The position numbers and the translations under genes were made by a program. This document shows, in pieces, positions 26,528 to 35,097 of a stretch of DNA of 35,583 bases. The notes below the pieces were generated by a model. It worked only from the letters and a program-made list of their open reading frames with translations, was not told the origin of the DNA and searched no databases. The DNA is taken from positions 1 through 35,583 of the IMG/VR virus record IMGVR_UViG_3300023171_000032; one strand, given 5' to 3'. Position 1 is the first letter of the stretch, and each line of letters begins with the position of its first letter. The DNA is from a virus (taxonomy: Duplodnaviria > Caudoviricetes).

Positions 26528-28249
26528 ATGGCTAACGAATTTTATATATCAACCGCAAATCCTATAAGGTTTTATCCTGAAGAAGATAATTATGATCCGG
26601 GAGTATACTACATTAGACAGATGGAAGATGCCCCTTACTTCAAACAGATACGAGATTATCAAAGTAAAATAATTTACAATCAAAAGTATACACTTCAGGA
26701 TTCTCCAATGATTCAGATGATGTCAACATATACTGATATTGTTTGTGAATTAATTGATTGCGTGAGTCATATCGCTGTAGATAGCTTTGCAGTAAATCAA
26801 ATTGCTACAAATTTAGTTGATCAAGATTTTAGTGTATATCAAACTACGTGCGAGTTTCTTAATGAAGGATTATTCTTATTAAAGTTAAAATACAAGAATC
26901 CGGAAGATGCAAATTATACTGTTTTAGTTTCAGAACCGTTAGAGATAAAAGAGGTACACAAAAATACATTACGATTTGAATATACAAACAGTAAAAATGA
27001 ATTCTCAATTATTTTTGATTCCGATTTTACTGGGATAGTAAGATGCGAAGGTGATATTTTAGAGTATCAACCAGCATCAGACAATACCATTTATACAGAT
27101 CAAGTTAGAAACACCACTTTAACGAGGTCTGTTCCTTATAGTAAGTATTCGTTAGTTATCGGCGGAAATGTAAATAAAACATATGGCGGTGTGCCTGATT
27201 ACATGGTTGATATAATAAACCATGTAATGTCATGTGATCAAGTTAAAATTGACGGCAAATATTTCACTAAAAGTGAAGGTTCTGATTGGGAAGAATTACG
27301 ATTTCAAAATTATCCATTATCAGCACAACGGATTTCAATTAGCAGAAGCGAAAACAAATTTCAATTAGAGCTTGAAAGCAATTCACCAATAGAAGATATG
27401 GCATTTGTCTATAGAAAATTATCGTATTTAGCCAATGTAGCTGACATAACGATAACAAATATTTTAAAGCAATATACAGGACTTGTAAAGATATGCTTTA
27501 GGAATGCTGGAACTCCGGTATCAATACGGGTGTTTACCACCACAACTGGGAATGTTGATGATATAGATCAAACTCTTACAATTTCAGGAGCATCTACTAC
27601 ACTTGATTTTAATCAATTTTTTTCTTCGGATAAAGTTTTAAAAATAACATCTGATGATTGGACATCACTAGATGTTTTTGTTGTTTACGAGAAATTAGAC
27701 GCAAATAATACGTCAGGTTCAGGAAGCGGAGGGGGCATACAAGTTGGAATGGTTGTAATCTATGAAGAAATAAATGAAGGAGATTTTGAATTAGATTTTG
27801 ATACTTCAACAGGATTAGGAAGGGCTGACCGGGCATATTTTGGGTATGCTGTTTGCAATGGCGATCATAACACAAAAGACAGGAGAGGTAAATTATCAAG
27901 GGCTGTTGACGGCATATCAGAACAACCTGGCACAGATGGTGGTAACAATTTAATTACAATTACTGTAGAACAACTTCCTGAACATTCACATAGATTATTT
28001 GGTGATAGCTATCAGGCCGCACCTGATCCGGGGAGTGTAAATAATCTAGAACCATACGTAAGGCCTACAGCGGGTGCTGATGAAGTGCTAGCATCAATGG
28101 GTGGTAAATTAGGATATGATCAAAAAAGAGACAGTGTGTCAACAAGATTAGAGCCTGAAATTGGTAGAACAAGTTTAGTAGGATCAGGTGAAGATTTAGA
28201 TGTTACAAATGAATTTACTACAGATATTTACATTAAAAGAATATTTTAA
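26528..28249 (+). CDS. tail protein with C-terminal collar (T4 gp10/gp12-like) domain
   Basis: GYAVCNG..NTKDRRGK...GG...ITITVEQLPEHSH...IYIKRI. Confidence 0.7.
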   Translation: MANEFYISTANPIRFYPEEDNYDPGVYYIRQMEDAPYFKQIRDYQSKIIYNQKYTLQDSPMIQMMSTYTDIVCELIDCVSHIAVDSFAVNQIATNLVDQDFSVYQTTCEFLNEGLFLLKLKYKNPEDANYTVLVSEPLEIKEVHKNTLRFEYTNSKNEFSIIFDSDFTGIVRCEGDILEYQPASDNTIYTDQVRNTTLTRSVPYSKYSLVIGGNVNKTYGGVPDYMVDIINHVMSCDQVKIDGKYFTKSEGSDWEELRFQNYPLSAQRISISRSENKFQLELESNSPIEDMAFVYRKLSYLANVADITITNILKQYTGLVKICFRNAGTPVSIRVFTTTTGNVDDIDQTLTISGASTTLDFNQFFSSDKVLKITSDDWTSLDVFVVYEKLDANNTSGSGSGGGIQVGMVVIYEEINEGDFELDFDTSTGLGRADRAYFGYAVCNGDHNTKDRRGKLSRAVDGISEQPGTDGGNNLITITVEQLPEHSHRLFGDSYQAAPDPGSVNNLEPYVRPTAGADEVLASMGGKLGYDQKRDSVSTRLEPEIGRTSLVGSGEDLDVTNEFTTDIYIKRIF

Positions 28250-28251
28250 TT

Positions 28252-29502
28252 ATGTCTAAAAGAATAATACATTTAACTGCATTAAAATCAGAAGATTTAA
28301 CAGATTTGATAATTGTACTATCAAAATTGAGATATGGTACAGATCCTACTTTTGATAATCCTCTAGATATTGTCAATAAAAGATATGTTGATGAAGTAAT
28401 AGAAGACATAGGTGGCGGTGCATTTCTCAGGGTAGATGGAGGCAATGAAATGACAGCCCCATTGCCGATGGGAGGATTTTCTGTAACTAAAATAGGAGGA
28501 TTGCTAGATAACCAAGCAACGCCAAAAATATTTTTCAATCCAGCTAACAGGTCATTTTTTGATTTAAATGGACAACAAATAATTTCATTTACTTCTCTTT
28601 TAACCGGATTAGATATTTATAATAATGACGGATGGAAGGGCGCATTAAGATTTACCAATTTAGCTTCTAATGAAGTGTTTGAATTTCCATCAACAGGCGG
28701 CACACTTGCTAAAATATTAAATACATCTTACGGCGCCGGATGGTCTGGTAACACTGCTAGTTCCCCAAGTGCAGATAAATTATATACTAAAATCGCCGCT
28801 TTAGATGCTCAAATTACAGCACTGTCTTTGTATTTAGGTAAGTATGTTTCATTAGTAGCTTTACAAACTGCTTATCCAACTTCTACAAGCGGGCACTGGG
28901 CTATAGTTGATCCCGGTGCCGGGACAAATGCCACAGAGTATATTTGGGATGATAATGAAGGATGGGTAATAGGGTCAGGCAGCGCAGGTGTAGCATCTGT
29001 ATTTGGTCGTACTGGTGTAGTGACTGCTATGGCAGGTGATTACACCACAGCACAGATTACCGAGGTTACTAATTTGTATTTTACAGTCGCTAGGGTATAT
29101 TTATCTGCTTTAGCAGGATGGACACCAGCAGCGGGTGCTATTGCTAACGGTGACACCTTACAGCAGGTATTACAAAAATTAAGTGGTAATATTTCGGCAT
29201 TATTAACGCTTCCCACATACCCTGGGAATGATAATCAGAAATATGAAATAACAATCATAAACGGGGTTGTCTCATGGACTCCTGTAACGTACGTCAAGGG
29301 TACATCCATAGCCAACAAAGCAAAATTGCAGGCCGATCTAACAAGCGACTGGGATTCTACTCAAACTTATATAGGCACTACATCTGGTGCTATTACCGGA
29401 ACAAAAGGAGGAGAGAAATATAAGGGCTTGGCTGGTAATGGGAATTGGTATGTTTACGAGGCTTTAGGTGATAATGAGTGGACTAGGTATTTAATGCAAT
29501 AA
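28252..29502 (+). CDS. tail fibre protein
   Basis: DIVNKRYVD, FLRVDGG.EMT, VASVFGRTGVVTA..GDY, ITE.TNLYFT.AR, DTLQQVLQKL fibre motifs. Confidence 0.75.
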   Translation: MSKRIIHLTALKSEDLTDLIIVLSKLRYGTDPTFDNPLDIVNKRYVDEVIEDIGGGAFLRVDGGNEMTAPLPMGGFSVTKIGGLLDNQATPKIFFNPANRSFFDLNGQQIISFTSLLTGLDIYNNDGWKGALRFTNLASNEVFEFPSTGGTLAKILNTSYGAGWSGNTASSPSADKLYTKIAALDAQITALSLYLGKYVSLVALQTAYPTSTSGHWAIVDPGAGTNATEYIWDDNEGWVIGSGSAGVASVFGRTGVVTAMAGDYTTAQITEVTNLYFTVARVYLSALAGWTPAAGAIANGDTLQQVLQKLSGNISALLTLPTYPGNDNQKYEITIINGVVSWTPVTYVKGTSIANKAKLQADLTSDWDSTQTYIGTTSGAITGTKGGEKYKGLAGNGNWYVYEALGDNEWTRYLMQ

Positions 29503-29508
29503 AAAAAT

Positions 29509-30711
29509 ATGGGACTAGAATATACTTTATGGACAAGATCGAGCAGTGCGTTTGTATCTGTTCAATCAGGGAATTGGAATGCCATCTCGACATGGAAAAT
29601 AAAAGGGACTGACGGCAATTTATACCCGTGCCCTTTTGTGCCTGAACGTGGCAATGATGTTTACATCGAGGCAGCTCATACTGTTACGTGTACACAAAAC
29701 GAAGCCTGCAAAGACTTAAATTTAAATACGACACAAGACGTTGTAAGAATAAATACAGGTGCTTTCAAGCTGGATATTTATGGAAACAGGGGGGATTATT
29801 CAGGCACTCATTCGACGGCTGTTTTTTCTTCTGCCAATGCTGGCATAGCCGGATGGATAGCAGGTACTTTAAGATTTAAAGGCACTTCTAGAATTATAGC
29901 CAGTGCTGCCAAACCAGTAAGCGCAAACGCAAGATCATCAGGTTATACTTTAGAAGTAGATATTGCTGTAGGGCAAAAATTACAAATAGATACGCTTACC
30001 GTAAGATGCGGATTCCTTTTGATAACATCGGGAGAGTTAGAGATAATTCCATACAATGCCACATCTTATGAGATTAGAATTTCAGGTAATGACTATACAG
30101 CGCAGCCTGGGGACGGTGTTAATGGCGGTACAGTTACAGTAAAATCAAACGGAAAATTAACTGTAGGCAGAATATTTAAAAACTCTCCTACAAGTGCAAA
30201 GAATGGACTAGACAACTTCACTATTGATGCAGGAGGTGTATACACGCCTACGCTTGCGGCATTAGTAGTACCTTGTATTGCGTATGCTCTAAATGGAACA
30301 GTATCGTTTACTCAGTCACTAGCTCAAGAATGGATTGCCAAGGGTAGTAATGTTGATTCTGTTGCGGTATCCACTTATTCGACCGTTAAAATAGGTGGAG
30401 GATCATTTGCCAAGACTCTAAAAACGAATACAACTATAAACACGTTGCTTTCTTTTAGTGATGCCTTGGCAACAGTTTCTCTTGGTGGTTTTACTGTTTC
30501 TTATGGAACGTCGGCGGATATAGAATATACAGTCAGCAGAAACATCGGCAACGAATTGCCCAATTCCGGTGCTGGAACTGCAATTTGCCGAAATCTTTTG
30601 ATAGGCACCGGAATTGTATTAAACTTACAAGGCAGAACAATAAACATAAGAGGCTCTATTGTTGGGGGCGGTTCAACTACCAACGGAACTTTAAATATAA
30701 ACCAACCTTAA
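29509..30711 (+). CDS. beta-rich (beta-helix-like) protein, paralogue A, no signal peptide
   Basis: SVQSGNW...STW N-terminal motif; full-length similarity to 30715-31983. Confidence 0.75.
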   Translation: MGLEYTLWTRSSSAFVSVQSGNWNAISTWKIKGTDGNLYPCPFVPERGNDVYIEAAHTVTCTQNEACKDLNLNTTQDVVRINTGAFKLDIYGNRGDYSGTHSTAVFSSANAGIAGWIAGTLRFKGTSRIIASAAKPVSANARSSGYTLEVDIAVGQKLQIDTLTVRCGFLLITSGELEIIPYNATSYEIRISGNDYTAQPGDGVNGGTVTVKSNGKLTVGRIFKNSPTSAKNGLDNFTIDAGGVYTPTLAALVVPCIAYALNGTVSFTQSLAQEWIAKGSNVDSVAVSTYSTVKIGGGSFAKTLKTNTTINTLLSFSDALATVSLGGFTVSYGTSADIEYTVSRNIGNELPNSGAGTAICRNLLIGTGIVLNLQGRTINIRGSIVGGGSTTNGTLNINQP

Positions 30712-30714
30712 CAC

Positions 30715-31983
30715 ATGAAACATTTATTAATTTTACTATTATCACTTAGCTTATTTTTTGCTTGTCAAAAGAAAGCTATTGAACCGCTTGTATCAAATGA
30801 TGTAAAAAGTTATAGAGACACTGGAAGCGACGATTATAAATCAGTAAAGAGCGGTAAATATTCAGACCCTACTACTTGGAATAAAAAAGTAAGTGGCGTA
30901 TGGGTTTCTGCAACTGACTGTCCAGGGATCAATAACTCTGTTTGGCTTGAATCTTTGTATTGCGTTGATATTGATTCTAATTTTGAATGTAAAGATTTGC
31001 ATATCAATTGTGATGTTGATACACTAAGAATTAACACGGATTCAAATAGGTTAGATATTTATGGTACGATCTATACGTATACTGGATCATATCCTGGAAC
31101 ATTATTTCTTGCTGGTACGGCAGGCGTTCCAGGCTTCATATCTGGCACACTTCGCTTTAAAACAAATGTAGGGACTCGACGCATTTTCGATACCCAAACC
31201 ATGAGCGCAAATTCTCAAACTGCTGGCTGGAATATGGAGATAGATTTTCCATCAGGAGATACGGCTATTCATTATTATGCTACAACTCGTTGTGGTAATT
31301 TGTCTGTATTATCTGGCACGCTTGAAATTCAACCGTATAATTCTACAGGATATGAAATCAGAGTAGCAGGAAACGACTATACAGCACAACCAGGGGACGG
31401 CGTAAGCGCTGGCATAGTTACAGTAAACAGTGGCGCTTCTTTAGTAGCTGGAAGGCTGCTTAAAAACAACCCAACATCAGCGGCCAACGGGTTGTCTAAT
31501 TTCATTATACAGTCAGGTGCTAAATTTACACCTACGCTTTTAAGCGAAGTCGTTCCGACACAATCGTATAGTATTTTAGGAGATGTAATTTTCGATAGAT
31601 CAGCTAACCAAACATTCATCGGAAAGGGCGGCAATGTTGACGCTGTAAATATTCAAAATTACACCAATGTAACAATTGGAGGCACAGGTAACAAAACGCT
31701 TGTAACTAATACCGTGATAGGAGGAGAATTAAAAATAACATCGAGTGCAAACTTGAATAAATCTACCTATTCATTATCATACGGATCTACATCCGACTTG
31801 CATTATACCTTAAGTAGAACAAAAGGAACTGAACTTGTTTCGTCTGGTAGTGGATCAGCAATACCGGAGGATCTAATTATAGATTCAGGTTACACATTAA
31901 ATTTAGGAGGCGCAACAGTCAATATTCGGGGTGCCCTAATTGGATCAATTACAAATGGTACAGTCAATCAATTTCAACCATAA
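30715..31983 (+). CDS. beta-rich lipoprotein, paralogue B
   Basis: MKHLLILLLSLSLFFA-C lipoprotein signal followed by the same domain as 29509-30711. Confidence 0.78.
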   Translation: MKHLLILLLSLSLFFACQKKAIEPLVSNDVKSYRDTGSDDYKSVKSGKYSDPTTWNKKVSGVWVSATDCPGINNSVWLESLYCVDIDSNFECKDLHINCDVDTLRINTDSNRLDIYGTIYTYTGSYPGTLFLAGTAGVPGFISGTLRFKTNVGTRRIFDTQTMSANSQTAGWNMEIDFPSGDTAIHYYATTRCGNLSVLSGTLEIQPYNSTGYEIRVAGNDYTAQPGDGVSAGIVTVNSGASLVAGRLLKNNPTSAANGLSNFIIQSGAKFTPTLLSEVVPTQSYSILGDVIFDRSANQTFIGKGGNVDAVNIQNYTNVTIGGTGNKTLVTNTVIGGELKITSSANLNKSTYSLSYGSTSDLHYTLSRTKGTELVSSGSGSAIPEDLIIDSGYTLNLGGATVNIRGALIGSITNGTVNQFQP

Positions 31984-31988
31984 GAAGA

Positions 31989-32753
31989 ATGAAAAATATA
32001 ATTTTATTACTCTCAATTGTATTTGCGTTTTCACAGGTTAACGCACAATGCACAAACCCAAACATCACACCTTGCAATGTAACAGTAGGAGGAAGTTTAA
32101 CACTTTCTTCTGGAACATTATTAAACCTAAATGGTCAAGTAATTAGCCCTGCTAACGGCGGTACCGGATCAACAGCGAGTGGTTCAAGTGGTCAGTATCT
32201 AATATGGAATAACGGCACAGGCGGAGGTCAATGGACTACAATCGCTCCATATTTTGCTCAATCTGATTCGATAACAAAAGTTGTTACATTAACTCAGTTT
32301 AATACTGGGCAGGCTGCTAAATTAGGAGTTTCAAGTAATGCTGTATCAGCTACTAAATTAGTTACAGCTAGAACTATTAACGGTGTTTCTTTTGATGGCA
32401 CAAGTAATATAAGCATACCCGTTTCAGCTTCTTTATCAGCTCCTACTTATGGTCTTTCTATTACTTCTGGCACGGCATTTCAGCCGAATGCATCAAACGC
32501 TTCTTTTGTTACTGTATCATCTACTTTGAATGCTGCGTTAGGGGTTACCGGAACGGTCACTATTGCCTTGTCGCCGACCTCAGGAGGAACTTATACCACT
32601 GTTAGCACAGACGCTTTATTGATCGCCGTATTAGGCGTAGCAGTAGATAAGATAAGTGGTACGATACCTGTGCCCGCTGGGTATTATGTAAAAGTCACGT
32701 ATGGAGGCTTAACGCCACCTACAGGTACTTATTCTAAAATAACATTACAATAG
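31989..32753 (+). CDS. tail-fibre-like protein with a Sec signal peptide
   Basis: MKNIILLLSIVFAFSQVNA|Q; PANGGTG and ATKLVTARTINGVSFDGTSNISI fibre motifs. Confidence 0.7.
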   Translation: MKNIILLLSIVFAFSQVNAQCTNPNITPCNVTVGGSLTLSSGTLLNLNGQVISPANGGTGSTASGSSGQYLIWNNGTGGGQWTTIAPYFAQSDSITKVVTLTQFNTGQAAKLGVSSNAVSATKLVTARTINGVSFDGTSNISIPVSASLSAPTYGLSITSGTAFQPNASNASFVTVSSTLNAALGVTGTVTIALSPTSGGTYTTVSTDALLIAVLGVAVDKISGTIPVPAGYYVKVTYGGLTPPTGTYSKITLQ

Positions 32754-32760
32754 CAAATTA

Positions 32761-32791
32761 AAAAGCCCTTATGAAAGTAAGGGCTTTTTTT
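32761..32791 (+). terminator. intrinsic terminator (bidirectional) before the lysis cassette
   Basis: AAAAGCCCTTAT GAAA GTAAGGGCTTTTTTT. Confidence 0.85.
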
Positions 32792-32804
32792 ATATCTTTA
32801 TATT

Positions 32805-33308
32805 ATGAAACCATCTAAATCAGTATTTGAAGAAGCTGTAAAATTTGAAGCCCTTAAACTTGAGGCTTACTTGTGTCCTGCTAATGTATGGACTATTGGT
32901 ATTGGCACAACAGTTTATCCGAACGGTAAAAGAGTTCAAAAGGGTGACAAATGTACACGAGAACAAGCTATACAATACTTCCTTCATGACATGGGATTGG
33001 TAGCGACACAAGTGGACAGTGTGACTATTGATAATATCAATCAAAATCAATTCGATGCTTTATGTTTATTTGTTTATAATGTAGGATTTCCTGCATACAA
33101 GAACAGTAATCTAAGGAAAAGAGTAAATGCAAATCCCAAAGATGTAGCTATACGTTTAGAGTTTGATAAATGGACTAAAGCCAATGGAGAGCATAATAAA
33201 AAAGACGATGATGGGGATGGTTTAATTGATGAAGTTGGAGAGAAACAAATTTTAGGTGGATTAATTAAAAGAAGAACAGCAGAAGCAAATTTATATTTTA
33301 GAGTATGA
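32805..33308 (+). CDS. endolysin, GH24 lysozyme
   Basis: FEALKLEAYLCPANVWTIGIGTT (E-x8-C-x5-T triad), NQNQFDALCLFVYNVG, GLIKRRTAEANLY. Confidence 0.95.
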   Translation: MKPSKSVFEEAVKFEALKLEAYLCPANVWTIGIGTTVYPNGKRVQKGDKCTREQAIQYFLHDMGLVATQVDSVTIDNINQNQFDALCLFVYNVGFPAYKNSNLRKRVNANPKDVAIRLEFDKWTKANGEHNKKDDDGDGLIDEVGEKQILGGLIKRRTAEANLYFRV

Positions 33309-33622
33309 AAAAATTCCTAACATCATTATATCTTTCTTTATTCAATAACTCTGAAGGATTTTCAGGCAGAAAAGTAACTGCTGCTGTATTGACTATTTGT
33401 GTAGTTTCCGGAGACATTAGATATTTTCAAGTATCTGATGTTTTATTTGTTGACATATTTACCGAATGGTTGATAGTACATTTGTCTGGTGTGGCCTTCT
33501 TTTTGGCACTGATCAAGGTTGCAGACATCATCGCACTTCGTACAGGCATAGTTACCAAAGAAACAAGCACGACTACCGAGACAACAAAAGAGACTACTAA
33601 AATAGAGTCCGATGAAAAATAA
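33305..33622 (+). CDS. putative holin
   Basis: Two hydrophobic helices and a hydrophilic tail; overlaps the endolysin stop. Confidence 0.65.
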   Translation: MKKFLTSLYLSLFNNSEGFSGRKVTAAVLTICVVSGDIRYFQVSDVLFVDIFTEWLIVHLSGVAFFLALIKVADIIALRTGIVTKETSTTTETTKETTKIESDEK

Positions 33623-33908
33623 TTATGCGCTGATTATTGCTATTATATTTGCCTTGCTCCTGTTGGTGATAGGATTTTTATATATGCGTATTGAGTCATT
33701 AGAGGCCGACAGGCAAGCGCAATTTGTTAGGGATGCCAATGTAAGGGACTCCCTTCAAACTAAAGCCTATGAATACGCGGACAGTGTTGCAGCAGCCAAT
33801 CAGTCAACCCATGTAAAGACAACCGAAAGAATCATTCACACTATAGAGACGATACGTTATGAAATGGATAGTACTGGCTTTGATCCTGATAAGCTGCCTG
33901 TGTTCTGA
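33612..33908 (+). CDS. putative inner-membrane spanin subunit
   Basis: Single N-terminal TM plus helical domain, in the lysis cassette. Confidence 0.55.
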   Translation: MKNNYALIIAIIFALLLLVIGFLYMRIESLEADRQAQFVRDANVRDSLQTKAYEYADSVAAANQSTHVKTTERIIHTIETIRYEMDSTGFDPDKLPVF

Positions 33909-34248
33909 ATCCAATGCACAGGGACTTTATGATGTTAAAGAACATGGTGACAGCATGACTATGCATAAAAAAATGTATTCTGGCATGCGTACATGGTCTG
34001 TAAAAGCGAAACAGCAAATACAATATCAGGACTCTGCAATTGTGGCGCTACAAAGCACTGTAAGCGATTTAAGCAATCGTTTGGTTTTGCGTGACACATT
34101 ACTGCTTCAGAAAAATGAAACCATTGAGAGGCTTAATAATGCCATTAAAAACTGTAACCCTAAAATAAATATACTAAAAAGACCAGAACCATATATTATG
34201 GCTCTGGTCGGAATTCTTACCTATGCCGTTGCTACTGGTAAGCGGTAA
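33859..34248 (+). CDS. putative spanin partner (signal/lipobox, coiled coil, C-terminal hydrophobic helix)
   Basis: MKWIVLALILIS-C..., coiled coil, PYIMALVGILTYAVA; 50-nt overlap with the previous gene. Confidence 0.55.
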   Translation: MKWIVLALILISCLCSESNAQGLYDVKEHGDSMTMHKKMYSGMRTWSVKAKQQIQYQDSAIVALQSTVSDLSNRLVLRDTLLLQKNETIERLNNAIKNCNPKINILKRPEPYIMALVGILTYAVATGKR

Positions 34249-34492
34249 TCAACGGCTTCTTATTATTCGGTGTTCTTAATACTATTTGTATTTCTTTTAA
34301 TGTAATAACAATGCCTAATGCATTAGAAATCATTTTGAAAGTTGTTGTTTTGCCTAAATTAGTATACATGTCATGTATTTGATCCCTGTACTTATCAGAT
34401 AAATCTTTTCTGTTTTTTAAAATAAGTTTTTCAGTTAGCCTATCTAATGCTTTATGACCCTCTTGAGTCAAATACACTCCTTCTGATTCCAT
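34232..34492 (-). CDS. hypothetical protein
   Basis: 86-aa ORF converging on the lysis cassette. Confidence 0.6.
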   Translation of the reverse strand: MESEGVYLTQEGHKALDRLTEKLILKNRKDLSDKYRDQIHDMYTNLGKTTTFKMISNALGIVITLKEIQIVLRTPNNKKPLITAYQ

Positions 34493-34671
34493 TATTTTAC
34501 TTTTACAAAAATCTCTCTCGGTTCTGTATCTTGTTGGAATGTTTTACCAATCAGATAATCTGAATCTGAATCATAACGTTTCCCATCATAGAGAACACCT
34601 ATTGATTTGTATTGATCTTCATCCCAATCAGGATTTCCTTCAATGTCTTTCTTTCCATAATGGGTAGTTAT
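34492..34671 (-). CDS. 59-codon open frame without ATG (ATA start or frameshifted continuation)
   Basis: (I/M)TTHYGKKDIEGNPDWDEDQYKSIGVLYDGKRYDSDSDYLIGKTFQQDTEPREIFVKVK*; TAATG overlap with the next gene. Confidence 0.5.
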   Translation of the reverse strand: MTTHYGKKDIEGNPDWDEDQYKSIGVLYDGKRYDSDSDYLIGKTFQQDTEPREIFVKVK

Positions 34672-34850
34672 TTAATAGATTTTGCTTTTTTGAAAGATGG
34701 ATTTACAGCCATTCCAGCTTCCAGCCAATTAGCTAATTCATGTAGTCTTTTCTCTGCAACTAATGACCACCAAAAGACTAATAGATATTGAGGTATACTG
34801 AATTTATGTTTATCAAATTCAGTAATTAATTCTTGTGGAGTTCTTTTCAT
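34668..34850 (-). CDS. hypothetical protein
   Basis: 60-aa ORF with ATGA overlap to the upstream gene. Confidence 0.6.
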   Translation of the reverse strand: MKRTPQELITEFDKHKFSIPQYLLVFWWSLVAEKRLHELANWLEAGMAVNPSFKKAKSIK

Positions 34851-35095
34851 TTTGCTTTAAATCTTGACTCATTAATTATCAACTGGTCTTTATCGTTGAA
34901 ATGATGGCACTTGTCGCAAAGACATATTTCTTCTTCTTGATCATTTCTAGGATCAGCGCCTATAACCCAGTCTTCTGCTGACTCATTTATTCTGGATTCA
35001 TCATGAAATATTGTGTAACCTGTATAGTGTTCTTCATATAACTCTTTACAATTATCACAAGTCATTGTATAGCATTCTACTTTTTCAATTCCCAT
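34847..35095 (-). CDS. small CxxC...CxxC zinc-finger-like protein
   Basis: CDNC ... CDKC. Confidence 0.65.
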   Translation of the reverse strand: MGIEKVECYTMTCDNCKELYEEHYTGYTIFHDESRINESAEDWVIGADPRNDQEEEICLCDKCHHFNDKDQLIINESRFKAK

Positions 35096-35097
35096 AA

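Noticed and set aside
28252-31983. Three tail-region ORFs in the same frame separated by single TAA stops (possible readthrough or recoding)
   Set aside because: Each downstream ORF has its own ATG a few nt later, one begins with a signal peptide, TAA is the normal stop here, and shared frame has a fair chance probability.
850-34023. Short antisense or overlapping ORFs in the track (e.g. 850-1110, 7512-7940, 14280-14513, 16613-16906, 28233-28538, 32820-33050)
   Set aside because: They lie within well-supported genes on the opposite strand or in another frame and have no recognisable motifs.
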